DNA of 64,000 nt from Octopus sinensis (taxonomy: Eukaryota). The notes below the pieces were generated by a model, which was not told the origin of the DNA, searched no databases, and was given only the letters and a program-made list of their open reading frames with translations. The stretch is from contig NC_042998.1 in the NCBI RefSeq assembly GCF_006345805.1, positions 77,934,001-77,998,000 of the forward strand, given 5' to 3'. Position 1 is the first letter of the stretch. The number at the start of each line of letters is the position of its first letter. Shown here piece by piece: positions 27,370 to 40,360 of this stretch. Made by a program: the position numbers and the translations under genes.

Positions 27370-27620
27370 ATTCGTGTAACATCGTCCGTTTTCCGCCCTT
27401 GTTTCATATACATTCGAAGCTTTTTACCAAGGAATCTAATGCGCTTAGCTTATTTTTTCCTTGGGGCTGGACAAATTGGAGCAATCTCAAGATTAATTAG
27501 CCGAAATTGCGAGGATAATCCGATTCTTGACTGAAGATTGAAGGCTTCGAATGTCTCGTCCGTGTTTTTTGTATTGTCTTCTAAATGTTATGCGTTCTTG
27601 TCCCAGTTTTTATTTATATA
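27370..27620 (+). mobile_element. Interspersed repeat, possibly Penelope-like LTR derived
   Basis: Unique block between (ATT)n and TA; contains CGAAA..CTGAAGA boxes; family uncertain. Confidence 0.35.
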
Positions 27621-27721
27621 TAACTTAGCGGTTCGGCAAAAGTTACTGATAGAATAAGTACGAGGCTTACAAAGAATAAGTCCTGGGGGCGCATTCAAAT
27701 AAAAGAATATATGTGTGCGTA

Positions 27722-27777
<56 letters not shown>

Positions 27778-27846
27778 TGTGTTTGTCCCAGCATCATCAC
27801 TTGACAGCCAATGCTGGTGTGTTTACGTCCCCGTAACCTAGCGGTT
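27621..27846 (+). mobile_element. SINE family A fragment in permuted order
   Basis: The segment normally downstream of taacttagcggtt comes first; the segment normally upstream follows and ends at taacctagcggtt. Confidence 0.85.
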
Positions 27847-29119
27847 AGCCTGTACTATGTGACTGTTATTTTCGACCTATAAACTTTTCTCTCACAAATC
27901 TTCAAGTTTTGATTTCGTGCTCACTCTGTATGTATTTACCTTAATTTTTGCATTCTCTTGTTTCTGTCCATTTCGGCAGCATCTCTGAAAAGAACTTTCT
28001 CTTGGATGTTACTTTTTGTTTACTGCTTACTTTCCCAAGTCTTTTATTTCATTTCTTCTGTTCACAATTATATATATTAGTGTACATCTGTAAGTGCATG
28101 TGTATACTGTCACCGCAAACTCTCAACTATTATCTTCATAAATCATTGGGATGGTATACATTCAGTTTTGTCAACTGTTGTGCTTGGTTATTACTATTGT
28201 ATCAAAGAAGGGATTATAAAAAAAGTCGTTAAACTTTAAACGAAATAATTTATTCAGTGTGACATCCGAGAATGTCCTCCCAATAGTATTGCCTTTAAAT
28301 TATAGATTAAATACATACAAGTTATAATTATTGGCTAGAGTATTAATTGTTAATTCTAATTTTAAAACAGCTAATTAAATAAAATTAAATATAAGCACAA
28401 TAAACTGCATTGATTTAATGAACAGACAGCAGTATCTAATTTGCGAGGGCATTCACAAATATTTTATGATTTATCACTTAATATTCAGAAAATTAAACCG
28501 CCTTCGCAAGTTCTCTGTGCATGTGTATTCGTAGGTCCATGTGATTATAAAAGGGGTTCTGAAACTTATTTAGCTGTGACAACGTAACTTGGAAAATTAT
28601 TTGTAGTGTCACTGAAAGAAAAACGTGGGGCATAGTAAGGATATTCTACTCAAAATTTTCATATTAGATCATTATTTGCCTAAACCATCTTCTAAATATA
28701 CATATAATACACACACATGCGCGCACACACACTGATATATACGGTGATATGCTGCTTCTTATGTACCTTGGTGATTTATTGTAGTACTTAATTATCATAA
28801 TATGTATTTAATTTGAAAATTATGAATATATTATGTATTAATACCGTGCTGTTGAATGAAATCGATCCCTCGTCTTCTTAGTTCGAAAATACAGTACTGT
28901 ATCAAAACTACTGCTTCTGCACTTGGAGAGATATTAAACATGCACTTTTTTCTGTAAGATATCATTCAGGTTTTCGGAGATGTACTTGCATAACTAGTTT
29001 GTTTTGACCTGAGATTTTGTGCTGAATTGAAAGCGAATGTAGTGTGGAAGAAACAGGTTAGCCTTTAAGGAACACACAAGAATCGTAAATTTCACTTAAA
29101 CATTTATTTGAAGTGCGAA

Positions 29120-29161
29120 GTCAAACTTTCCGTCGCTCGAAGCTGCGACCTGTTCAGTGAC
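29120..29161 (-). ncRNA. Degenerate minimal hammerhead motif (Penelope-type)
   Basis: Minus strand reads gtca CTGAACA g GTCGC agcttcga GCGAC g GAAA gtt tgac. Stem I is gtca/tgac and stem II is GTCGC/GCGAC; there are two substitutions versus the consensus. Confidence 0.55.
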
Positions 29162-29609
29162 AAAATACTCCGGCGTATCTGAAAATTTTCGAAAATACCG
29201 CATTATATATATATCGCTTGAGATGTTTGTTTTGTTTTTGTTGATATAGGTCAGTTGTTCTGATTAGGTGCTCATAGCTGGTCAGTTCTCAATGATAAAT
29301 TTTTCATCTCGGTATCAAATGTGTTTCATATATTCCATCTCTTACAATAGTGCCAGCGTCGATTCGTCCGATTAAGAACGTTCAAGGTGATGTCACGACA
29401 TGGCTGCACTCAATGACGGAAATCTGTAAACGATAAAAGATATTAATCAATTTAAGGTAACGTTAAAATGGTTAAAATATATATATACATCCCAATAAAT
29501 ATAAAATACTTAAACTGTGTTCTCGATATTCTTTTCTTTCGTTATACTACATGCAAGACTAATAAAATATAGTGTATATTTTACACTACATATCTCTGTA
29601 TGGGTATGT

Positions 29610-29718
29610 GCTGCCTTTTTGGGGTCGATAAGATAAGCACCAATTGATTACTGGGGAGGATGTTATCGAGTTACACACCTTACCCCGAACTTGAGGGCCA
29701 TGTGCCAAAATTTAAAAC

Positions 29719-29722
<4 letters not shown>
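29610..29722 (+). mobile_element. SINE family B 3' part with (ATT)n tail
   Basis: gccttt..ggggtcgataa.ataagcacca..gtgccaaaatttaaaaccattattatt. Confidence 0.8.
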
Positions 29723-29756
<34 letters not shown>

Positions 29757-29800
29757 TATTATTATTATTATTATTATCATTATTATTATTATTATTGTTA

Positions 29801-30760
29801 TTTTCCTTCTTTCTTCAAATTTTCTTCCATTTCTTGCCGAGTGTTTTCCGTACACCTAGGCCAGAGAAGCTCATTGTATGCATTCCCAGATTACACACGC
29901 AAATTCACAGGTAAGATATGTATTTAAAAAACTTAATAAATAAATAAATTCATGAATGGATGTTGTTTTCACAGCGATAATGCTCTTCTCAGTACATGAT
30001 CCGTTCCAGTTAACACGATATTTTGCACTTCCTGTAGGGATGGTAAGCCTGGTATCATTTTGAAATAGGTTTCAGTACCTTTTTTTTATCATTCCTAGAG
30101 ATCCTACAATCACTGGTACTGTAGCCGCCTTTATATTTACTGATCATGTTCTTTCGCCGCAATATTGTGATCGCAAAGAATACCCATGTCAAATAATAAA
30201 CACATCTTTCTTGTCTGATCTTTTATAATAATATCCGGTTTATTAGCTTTTATCGTTTTGTCCGTATGTACGGGGAAGTTATTTGCAAATGACCCAACAG
30301 AGTTGTGAAAACACTTTTGTATTGCACATTCAGTATTTCACATATCCTGTGGAGGTCTGTAGTCTGTGAGTCATATTCTTCGAACAGTGGACACTATTTT
30401 TACCGTAATGAAACAGGCTCTTTTGCAAATCTATAAAAACTTTGGGGTTTGTCTTTACATTTTCTACAGCTGTGGCTTCTTTCTTTGCCTTCTTTTTATA
30501 GGGGCGTTTTAGTTTACTTTCAATCTCAAGTAGTATTTGTTTCAGGATTTTCCGTTATCCTTCAGTAGACCGCTTACACGGTTTGAGATCTTTGTTTGTC
30601 GCTTCATTAGAATCCTCCTATCCCTGGGAAAAGGTTTTTCCTGTTGGTTTCACATTCTCTCTGGAGCAAACGTACCGCATATGTCATGCATGATTCTCAA
30701 AGTTTTGTAGCTTTATATCAATATCTTGCGTAGGGAGGCTAGTAGACCTGTTTTATTCCG
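29801..30760 (-). mobile_element. R4/Dong-clade LINE 3' fragment (restriction-like endonuclease)
   Basis: Minus-strand peptides TDKTIKANKPDII..LFDMGI (PD..D RLE motif) and VPVIVGSLGMIKK..QEVQNIVLTGTDHVLRRAL*; the 3' end abuts (ATT)n. Confidence 0.85.
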
Positions 30761-30769
30761 TGACCTCTT

Positions 30770-32300
30770 CCTCAGTGCCCTTCTACTCAGCTTTATGAAA
30801 GTTCAGACTGGAGAGGAGTTGGGTGCTTCTAGTAGTCTGCATGTCTGCAGTACTCTGCGGACCATACATTGTTAGTTGTGGTCCGAGAAAATCGTGGGTG
30901 TCACCTTGACATTATGGATGAGCACTGCGTTATCTGTGAAGCAAAAGTCCAGGATATTTTTTACCCCTTGGTGGGTTGAGCAGTATATTTTCTCTAGAGA
31001 GGATGTTTGTGAACTTGACCAGAGATTCGGCTTGCCTCTGTTCATGCATTGAAATATCTGAAAGAATGCGACCCAAATGCCATTAGACTTTAGGAAGGTT
31101 GAAGTCTCCTACAAGAAGTATGTAAAGGCTATCATCTAGGTTGATTAATATTTCTATCTTTTTGAGGCTCTCTTGGAATGACTCTCCTTGGTTTGGAGTA
31201 TCTACTGGGTGATATGCACTACATATTAATATTTTAGTCTCTTAATGTGTACTTCAAGTGTGTCACAAACTGAGTTTGGGTGTCACGGCAGGACTAAAGG
31301 CTCGACCTCGTCTCGAGTGTACATTTCTACCCTACCATGTGTTCTTTCTTCTCTCTCTCTCCCCCCTCTCTCTCTCTCTCTCTCTTTGAAATACAAGATA
31401 TTTTGGTATGTGTATCTCAGCATCTAATATGTCAGCATTCGGATGTGTTTCTGTTAGTGCCATGCATATTGCTTGATTACACGTAACTAAGTCTCTCTGG
31501 CATGGAGTTTTGCGTTGGTGGGACGCTAGAAGGCCCCTGACATTCAGCAAGAATACAGTTCTGACATATAGGGTGTCAGTAGTGGTCACTGAGCTGACGT
31601 ATGAAGAGGCACTAGTGGTATCCATCCTAGATCTTCCGTCGTTTGTGGTAGTCTTGAATACTGGGACGTGTTTATCGGACTTTGTCTTATGAAGCCAGGT
31701 CAACTGCTGATCCTATGTGCAATTATACCTCACCCGGTATAATTCAATTGAATTTGCTTGAGGATCAAGAAATCGAACAATCATTCAGAGTCCACGTTGT
31801 TTAATCGCTGCCATTCAAAGACTTAGGAATTTCAACCGTGTTTCGTGGTCTGCTACCACAACAGCTCCTTTATATGATCCAGTTAGCTCAATACATCATC
31901 AGGAGAAACCACGTCCGGTTTCGGCCCCTACTCTTCTACCGTTTTGACGTGGCGGCCCACCCCGCTTTCAGAGGTGTCTTCAACTCTGGTGTTAGGTGCA
32001 TGTCTTCTTTCTCCTTTCTTCTGTTCCCTGGCCTCTTCGACGTAGCGTCAACGATTGTCAGCGTGCGACTGACTGTCTTGTCAAATTCCTTTTAAATACC
32101 TGCTGCGAGGCTCCAGCAGGCAGCACAAGCAAGTTGTCACGTGACACAGTCTCAACTGTAACTGACCAATGAAAGCACGTACTCTTATCCCACGCATTCT
32201 CACCTGTCAATCAGCGAGGCTAATGCAGTGTCACCTTGTGATGTTTCTTCTTCCTCCTTTCTCACTTCGTGTACCACTGCCTCTTTCATCTCTTTTATAC
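30770..32300 (-). mobile_element. CR1/L2-type LINE 5' fragment with AP endonuclease
   Basis: APE motifs in the expected order: LLNVRGL, MALTETH, EIHIPKY..RER, VGDFNLP (~31100), ILDFCF (~30950), FSDHN (~30880). Confidence 0.88.
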
Positions 32301-34934
32301 TGCTCTTGCAAATGAATAAACTAAATAAATTCTTGCAAATGAATGAATAAATTAAATTAATAAAATGTTGCTAAACCTGACCAACGTGTTTTATTAAGAA
32401 AACTTTCAAACCCGTTTTCTCGTGCATCCAGGATTATATTTTCCCACGTGCACATCAGTTTATTACAGTGATGGTATACATTTGAGGATGATATTGGCTA
32501 CTATTCCTTGCAGTTCCAGTGACTGCCAAAGGAATCTGTTTTTGGTTGTGCATATGTATGCTGACTACTTTGATAGTTACTGGGCTCCTTAGGGAAATAT
32601 CGTTTGCCGTGAGAAGTTATAAATAACCATGCTAAATTGTTTACTTTGCAAATACAATTAACTATTTGCAACTATTTACATTTCATTTTCGGACTTGCAC
32701 TTTATTTCCACAACGCCAGTATTATGATATTTATACAAGTATGCTCAAAATGTAAATTTAAACTGGTTTGTTGATATAAGCAGCCATCGACACTTTTCCT
32801 TATTTGCTTTTAATCACTTCTGTTGTATATAAACATATTTCATACAAATAAACGATCAAAAGCAATGAAAAAGAAAAAAAGTAATTCGGTTGCTGCTATT
32901 GTCACGCTTCTAGTAGTCATAAAAGAAATAAATATAATATTTCCCCGAGGGCGATGAACGAGGCACTTTACAAAAGCGAAAGAAAAGAAAAAGAAAAGGA
33001 CGTCGTAGGATGTTTACAAATTGAATGCATGCTAACTAAAAATTTAAAAGCATATAAGCGGAGACCATTATAAATCATTGCCCTCATAGATTAGTCACAT
33101 CGGATCAGTGAGGAAACCCTACAACTCTAAGATTTCTCAGACTACCAAGGGCAAATGACAAGCCCAAAGAGGACCTAATGTTGTTCATATGTCTGTGTTC
33201 TTTATGTCATTTTATAAAATGCGTATTTTGTTTGTTTGTTTGTTTGTTTTTTATTTCTCTGGGGCTATGTAGTGTGTAGCGTGTCTTTACAGCTTCATAT
33301 CGTAGTTCATAGAGTTGTGGTTGCTACATTTATTATGTTGATAAACAAAAGACCACTGTCAAACACGAGGGTAAAAGAAGTGGGAAATAGTGTTTGAATA
33401 GAAGTTTCAGAAATCATAAATACTGTCGATACTCAACCGAATGAAATTTTGTAGCATACATTTATGAAGGATAGTCATAACTTACGCATGCAGAAGAGAT
33501 GCACAAAGAAAGTCTAATCTTTATGTCGACCGAATATCAAACAGCATTAATATGACGCTATTACGCACCAATAGACACAAAAGAAACTGTCATGCTGACA
33601 AATTCTTTTGTGGATCTGCGACCACATTATCTATTATTATAGATAACGCGTTAAACAAGCATGGTATTAGCAAACATTTAAGCAACTTCCTTTGAAACCA
33701 TGAGCAGAAGAATCGTTCAAGGAGACACTCTGTCTTTAGATTTCGTATTATTAATAAAGTAATTTCTCATAACAAATTCGATGACTTGATGTAAAATGGA
33801 ATCCTTCAGATATTTAATGTATGGGTTCTCTAACAAATTATGTTAGGAAAAATTACCATCTGGAGAGAATAAAACTGTAGCTTAGAAATTAAATGAAGAA
33901 AAATATTCAATGTAAAGGCTAAAATCACAAATACCAATGAACGTGAAATTATCATGAATTTAAATTAAATTTTGGTTACAAATTAACGAGACCTTTAAGA
34001 AACAGCTGCAGTACATTGTATCTCAATCGGTTTATCTTTCATTTCTGTCCATGTAATGAGTCGTGGGCGGTTAGCGTGACTAAACAATCTCGTACTCATT
34101 TATGGACTCTGAATGAACATAACATGTGCAAGGAATAATATAAATGCAATGATTAAACCGAGAGACGACCTTTTGTTACCAATTTGGTTTACTAGGAACT
34201 TAAAAGTAAATAGAGGAAAATAAAAGAAAAAGGAAATAGATGAAAAGAAAGAAAAAGCTGCGAATATTGAGTATACAACGAGCGTCAGCAAGATAACTTC
34301 AATATAATCAATCTACACGTAAGAAATAATAGATATATTTCATTCAAATTGAATCGTACTGTTTTGAAAAGGCAGCACATATCGGAAAATAGTTTTAGAT
34401 GCACAGCCACCAACGAAATATGAAAAAAGACAGGTTATGGCAATTTCAAAAGTACATTAAAACACAATGTTTCCGGTATCATTTCTGTCTTTTTTGGTTT
34501 ATAAAAAAAAGGCATTAGACCTCAATAAAAGACGAACAGTGAAATGAAAATTCTGAAATATTCTGCATGGAGGTTCCCTCCAAGGGTGGGAGTCTGCTAA
34601 AAACATCTTAATGCACAATACCAGACTTTTGGTGAGGCTTATTCCTTTTATGATCTGAATTTTTCAAGTGTCCCTTTCGGTGAAATGCCAAATAGTTTTC
34701 ATTTTGATAAAGTGTTGAGAAGGATGGAATTTTTCTCCGCTGTTCTCTGAAGAGAGAATCGAGTCAATTTTATTTCTTGTCTCTTAAATATAGATTAAAG
34801 CAGAAATGAAAAGGTAAACGATTTAACAAGACTTGGCAAGGCCATTTATATATGGTTTTATTATAAAGCTAAATTTTCCTGTAGTAGATACTTTCGCGCA
34901 TGCACGTTTTTTGTTTTCGATTTTCTAAGAAAAA

Positions 34935-35665
34935 CAGTACCATGATGCAATCTACTCTGCCAGATAAATGGAAACTACAAGCTGGCTGTATCGCTTGGCA
35001 TTCACGCCAGAAGCTCCAAATACGAACATTTCAGAGTGTTTGAGTGTCACTCTGAGGATTGTACAATCTGAAGACGTACTCAGAGTGATAAAAATCAAAC
35101 ATCTAGTCAACGTAATTGTGTTTGGAGTGATCACTAGTGATGGCGCTGTTATGCCTCCATTCATCTTTCCACAGGGCCTTAGACTCAACACGGAGGCCTA
35201 CATAAAGTGCCCGGAGGAGATAGTGCGGCCCTGGGTCAAGACGGTGGCTGCTGGAAGACCTTATGTCTGGCAACAGGACTTTGCACCATGCCACACAAGC
35301 AGGAGAACCCAGTCATGAGAACACATTACCCCTAACATCTGGCCACCTAACTCCCGAGATTGTAACCCCCGTGGTTATTATATTCGGGGAGCTGTTGAGC
35401 GAGAGACCAACAAAATTCTTGTAACACCAAAGCTGAACTGAAGGCAAGGATTATGGCAACATTCAACAACTAGACTATCCAGAAAAGTTGCAAGAGATTC
35501 CGAAGTTGTCTGGAGGCTGTGGTTGTAGCCAATGGCAATTTTCTTGAATAATTTGACCCTTTAGTTTTTCAAGATATGTTTATGCAAATTTGGTAAATAT
35601 ATATGTTAAAATAAGCGGTTAGTGTTAATTTCATTTTTGCCTAATTTAGACGACAATTTATTCAC
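34935..35665 (+). mobile_element. Tc1/mariner (maT/DD37D-like) transposase remnant
   Basis: KHLVNVIVFGVITSDG..MPPFIF..LNTEAYI..VWQQDFAPCHTS, then WPPNSRDCNP..YYI; internal deletion and stop codons. Confidence 0.88.
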
Positions 35666-35850
35666 AGATACATACATGCATGCATACATACATAAATACA
35701 TACATTCATTCATTCATTCATTCATTCATTCATTCATTCATTCATTCATACATACATACATACATACATGCATGCATGCATACATACATACATGCATGCA
35801 TGCATGCATACATACATACATACATATATAAATACATACATACATGCATA

Positions 35851-36246
35851 CAGGGCACATTCAATCTTTATTTTACTGGAAAGTAATACATTTGTATTGC
35901 AATATTTTTTCATTGAAAACTTTTTTACTGTTCTCGTTCTGTTAATGGATAATCGTTCAGGCGAGTATACTAGCATTGATGTGATAACATTCGAAATACT
36001 GTCTAGGTAAATACAGCTGATGAAGACTAATCAAATTTACGTTGACAAACGTATTTGGAGAGTCTGAAACCTAGGTACTGCATTATCCGATTCTGGGTGT
36101 CCATTTATCTAATGTTCTTACTGGAGGTAAGACAAATTTTTCATGTTTGTTGCACTCACACGTCTTTGCCAATACATACGCAGTGAATCTTTACAATAGC
36201 ATCGTATTTGTATCGACTGCTATTTCCAGTAAATATTGGTGCCTTG
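35851..36246 (+). mobile_element. Hammerhead-bearing element with ~50-60-bp imperfect terminal inverted repeats
   Basis: Left cagggcac..caat..tttactggaaa matches right tttccagtaaatattggtgccttg in reverse; a hammerhead lies centrally; flanks are TACA/TA microsatellites. Confidence 0.6.
36010..36084 (+). ncRNA. Type I hammerhead ribozyme, core intact
   Basis: aatacag CTGATGA AGACT [aatcaaatttacgtt gaca aacgtatttggag] AGTCT GAAAC CTAG GTA ctgcatt. Stem I pairs 6/7, stem II has 5 bp plus an inner hairpin, stem III is the palindrome ACCTAGGT, and the cleavage triplet is GUA (cut after 36077). Confidence 0.8.
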
Positions 36247-36290
36247 TTGTACCGCTAATCTGTATATATAGATATATATATATATAAATT

Positions 36291-36684
36291 CTTTTATTCT
36301 GTTAGCCTTTTACTTGCTTCAGTCATTTGACAGCGGCCGTGCTGGAGCAACGCCTTTAGTCGAGCAAATCGACCCCAGAATTTATTCTTTGTAAGCCTGG
36401 CACTTATTCTATCGCTCTCTTTGGCTGAACCGCTAATTATGGAGACATAAACACACCTACATCTGTTGTCAAGCGATGGTGAAGGGACAAACACACACAC
36501 AGACACACAAATATATACATATATATTTACGATGGGCTTCTTTCAGTCTCTGTCTACCAAATCCACTCACAAGACTTTGGTCGGCCCGAAGCTACAGTGG
36601 AAGGCACTTGTCCAAAGTGCCACGCAGTGAGACTGTACCACGAACCATGTAGTTGGGAGGCAAGCTTCTTACCACACAGTCACG
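36291..36684 (-). mobile_element. SINE family A, near full length
   Basis: Matches the other family A copies. Confidence 0.93.
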
Positions 36685-36843
36685 TATATATATATACATG
36701 GCGTGCAATATCTACTTAGCTATGTAGTGAATATTTGAAATATTACTGAGTTGGAGAACGTTTACAATCACGGAAACAATTGGCAGCAACTTCTGGAAGC
36801 GGGTATAATTCGATAAATATTCAGTCTTGTAACTTTCACATTA

Positions 36844-37150
36844 CAGTAACGTCTCGACTATCTCGGGTGTTACGTTCCAAACCTCCCACGGAAATAATTA
36901 AAATCTAAAAAAATATAAATACCTATTGGTCGCAGAAACCCGTATATACTGTGGACTGTGCGGTATAAATTTACATATAGGCGCAGGAGTGGCTGTGTGG
37001 TAAGTAGCTTGCTAACCAACCACATGGTTCCGGGTTCAGTCCCACTGCGTGGCATCTTGGGCAAGTGTCTTCTGCTATAGCCCCGGGCCGACCAATGCTT
37101 TGTGAGTGGGTTTGGTAGACGGAAACTGAAAGAAGCCTGTCGTATATATG

Positions 37151-37183
<33 letters not shown>

Positions 37184-37471
37184 TTGTGTGTCTGTGTTTG
37201 TCCCCCTAGCATTGCTTGACAACCGGTGCTGGTGTGCTTATGTCCCCGTCACTTAGCGGTTCGGCAAAAAGAGACCGATAGTATAAGTACTGGGCTTACA
37301 AAGAATAAGTCCCAGGGTCGATTTGCTCGACTAAAGGCGGTGCTCCAGCATGGCCGCAGTCAAATGACTGAAACAAGTAAAAGAGAAAAAGAGTAAAGAG
37401 TATATTAGCCAGAAAAACAGCGATATACTGAGTGCGCGATAGATGAATCGCGATATGGCGAGGGATTACTG
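36844..37471. mobile_element. Tigger/pogo-like MITE interrupted by a SINE
   Basis: TIRs ta|cagtaacgtctcgactatctcg and cgcgatatggcgagggattactg; a family A SINE is inserted at 36980-37401. Confidence 0.75.
36980..37401 (+). mobile_element. SINE family A, full length, young
   Basis: Complete from head to aaaagag tail; highly similar to the 20688 and 43390 copies. Confidence 0.95.
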
Positions 37472-39018
37472 TGCACTATAATTCGACCGCATTCCAAACG
37501 TTGACTCTGCGCTTTTTGGTATTTACTCCGCCCTCATTCACGTCCTTCCTTACCTGCATGTTTATAATTTCTAATAACCGTGACCCAAAGTCTTTCTTCA
37601 TTTCTGTGTAAATTGACAAATTGTTTCTATCGATGATCGAAATTGCTCAACTTTAAACCGAACTTGTGTTTTTCATTAGTCAGCTCCGGTCAGCATTACC
37701 TAAACGTCAGTTATTTAAACTTGTAATCTGAATATAGAGCACCACCTTAATTCTAAATCATTAATTGTACGATAGTGTAATTTCTATCACTCATATGAGT
37801 TAACTGATATAGAAATTCAAGTTTAATCAATATCAGACGAAACTAATAGTTTTGTGCAGATTAAATTTCAACAATATAACTTGTTATCTGCAACAAAGCT
37901 TCTAAATATTTACAACCTAATATCAGATAAATGGCTTGATTTGGTGATTAACAAGACAAAATAAACTTTGCAATTTAAGATTGAACCGGTGTGAACTTAC
38001 AGGTTTGATAATACTTAATCATTATTGGGTCCATCACTTTTATCATGAATGGCATGTGAGTACATTTAATGGAAGATGAATAGAATACAATTTGACGTTC
38101 CTTTAATTATATGTACTAGATAGAAGGAATAGATTTGCATTTGTAATATATTTATAATTAACTGGATTGTTGATTGTGATAGTAAAGCATTAAGCTATGA
38201 AATATTTTGTACAAGAATTTAAAGGTGTAATTTTGAATATTCATGGCCGCTGTAGTAACTGGAGTAACGCTGTGAATTAAGAGTTGCTCTTGATTCATCT
38301 CTGCCTACTCCAGTTTTGATACTTGCTTATATTTACGAATGTTTATCATTTAAGAAGATGCTTGGAAACGAACTTTCTGTATTTTCGTTCTAGTGTATTT
38401 CACTACAGTTATACAGGCTCTTATTTCATTTCTGTTAGTTTAATTCTCACTGTAAATAATGTTTATTCCGACCAGGCGGTCCACGAGCGCAATCAGTCAC
38501 AGATATTGATTGTTCCATTATAAAGCTATAGCTTTAGAATCTATCTAGGGTTGTCTCTCTTTCGTATCCTCTATTGCAGAAGGCTAAGGAGTCAGAAACG
38601 CGTCTGAATGTCAGGGAATATTTTTCTCCAAGGTAACTGCAGTGAATTTACCTTTAGAAGTTAAAATATGTCACTAACGTATGTCAACTAACCTAAAGTT
38701 CGTTTATTCCTCATGACTGCTAAGGGTTGATACAAATGTATACAGGCATACATAAATGCACATGCTCACACACACTCACACACACTTACACACACACACA
38801 CACACTCACACACTCGCAACGTGTACACACACATACGTCTTTTCTCCTACTCGGTCTTCCCTGACTTTTACAAGTAACTCTGTCAAAACTATTGAAAAGG
38901 TTGCAAGACGCAACGAAAATTTTAGGAAAATAAAAATAAGAAATAAATGGAAGTTTTACCGGTGAGTGTGTTACATTATAAGGCACAAAAAGAAAATGAC
39001 TCTCCCCAGACACAACAT

Positions 39019-39106
<88 letters not shown>

Positions 39107-39134
39107 TGTATGTATGTATGTATGTGTATATGTT

Positions 39135-39325
39135 TGTGTGTCTGTGTTTGTTCCCCCAACATCACTTGACAATAGATGCTGTAACCTAGCGGCTCGGCAA
39201 AAGAAACCGATACACTAAGTACCAAGCTTACAAAGAATAAGTCTTGGAGGTCTATTTCCTCGTCTAAAGGTGGTGCTCCAGCATAGCCGCAGTCAAATGA
39301 CTGAAACAAGTAAAAGAGTAAAGAG
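39135..39325 (+). mobile_element. SINE family A, 3' half
   Basis: gtgtctgtgtttgttccccc..tagcggctcggcaaaaga..gactgaaacaagtaaaagag. Confidence 0.9.
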
Positions 39326-39679
39326 CAAAGAGTTAGAAATCGACAGAGTGGGGAAAGAAATAGCAAAGCAGAGATAGTGCAAATTATGAGAGGGTGATTG
39401 AGAAGGAAAGAGTAAACGGTAACAGACTGAGAGGAAGGAAGAGAAAGAGAATATGCAAGTATAGATAACACGACTGTTAAAGGAAGTTTTCCAAACTGAT
39501 GTCTGAACTATACGTTACACATCGTTCTCATATAAAGCTAATAAAACTATTTTATTATCATACTGTTATTTTTATTACAGGGCATCCTAGGTTGATCTCG
39601 TTACTGCTGGCACGTTTTTTTTTTTTGTTCCTTTCTGTTATTTTCGTTGTTCTGTTTTTGCTGTAGGCGTTATTTCTGA

Positions 39680-39980
39680 TGATGTTGTTGCTGCTGCTGC
39701 TACTACTACTACTGCTACTGCTGCTGCTGCTACTGCTGCTGCTGCCGCTGCTACTGCTGCTGTTGCTTTGTAGCTGCTCTGCTCTTCAGAGTGTTTTGTT
39801 GCTAAATTTTTGTCACTACGATTATTGTTGATGTTGTGAGTATATTAATTACTACCATCATCATCATCATCAGTATCCGCAGCAGCAACATCTCTTCTTC
39901 TTCTTCTTCTTCTTCTTCTTCTTCTTCTTCTTCTTCTTCTTCTCTTCTTCTTCTTCTCCTTCTTCTTCTTCTTCTTCTTA
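39680..39980. repeat. (CTG/CTA)n, (CAT)n and (CTT)n trinucleotide arrays
   Basis: Directly visible. Confidence 0.93.
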
Positions 39981-40280
39981 TCTTTCATCTGATTTCCTCC
40001 TCCTTTCTCTCCTCTTCAATTTCTCCCCCCTTCCTTCATTTCCTTCTTCTCTCCTCCTCCTACGCTTTTATCTCCTCCCCCTCATTCTCTCCTCCATTCT
40101 AGAAGTTTCTATTATGCATACCTGAGACGCTCTCATGTCAAGGACTGTGGTCAGTTGCGAAATGGCATTCGTTAATATACGCACACATTTACATACACAC
40201 ATACACGCGTATACATAAACTTATCTATCTATCTATTATATATCTATCCATCCATCCATCTCTCTCTCTTCATATATATA

Positions 40281-40323
<43 letters not shown>

Positions 40324-40360
40324 TAATTGTCACTAAACATGACTTGGCTGTTAGAACACC

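Noticed and set aside
26786-27379. 197-aa hydrophobic ORF resembling a membrane protein
   Set aside because: Derived from CT-rich and ATT low-complexity DNA.
31830-31866. Minus-strand gtggt-agcag-accac-GAAAC hairpin resembling a hammerhead half
   Set aside because: No CUGANGA box and no stem I; it lies inside a LINE remnant.
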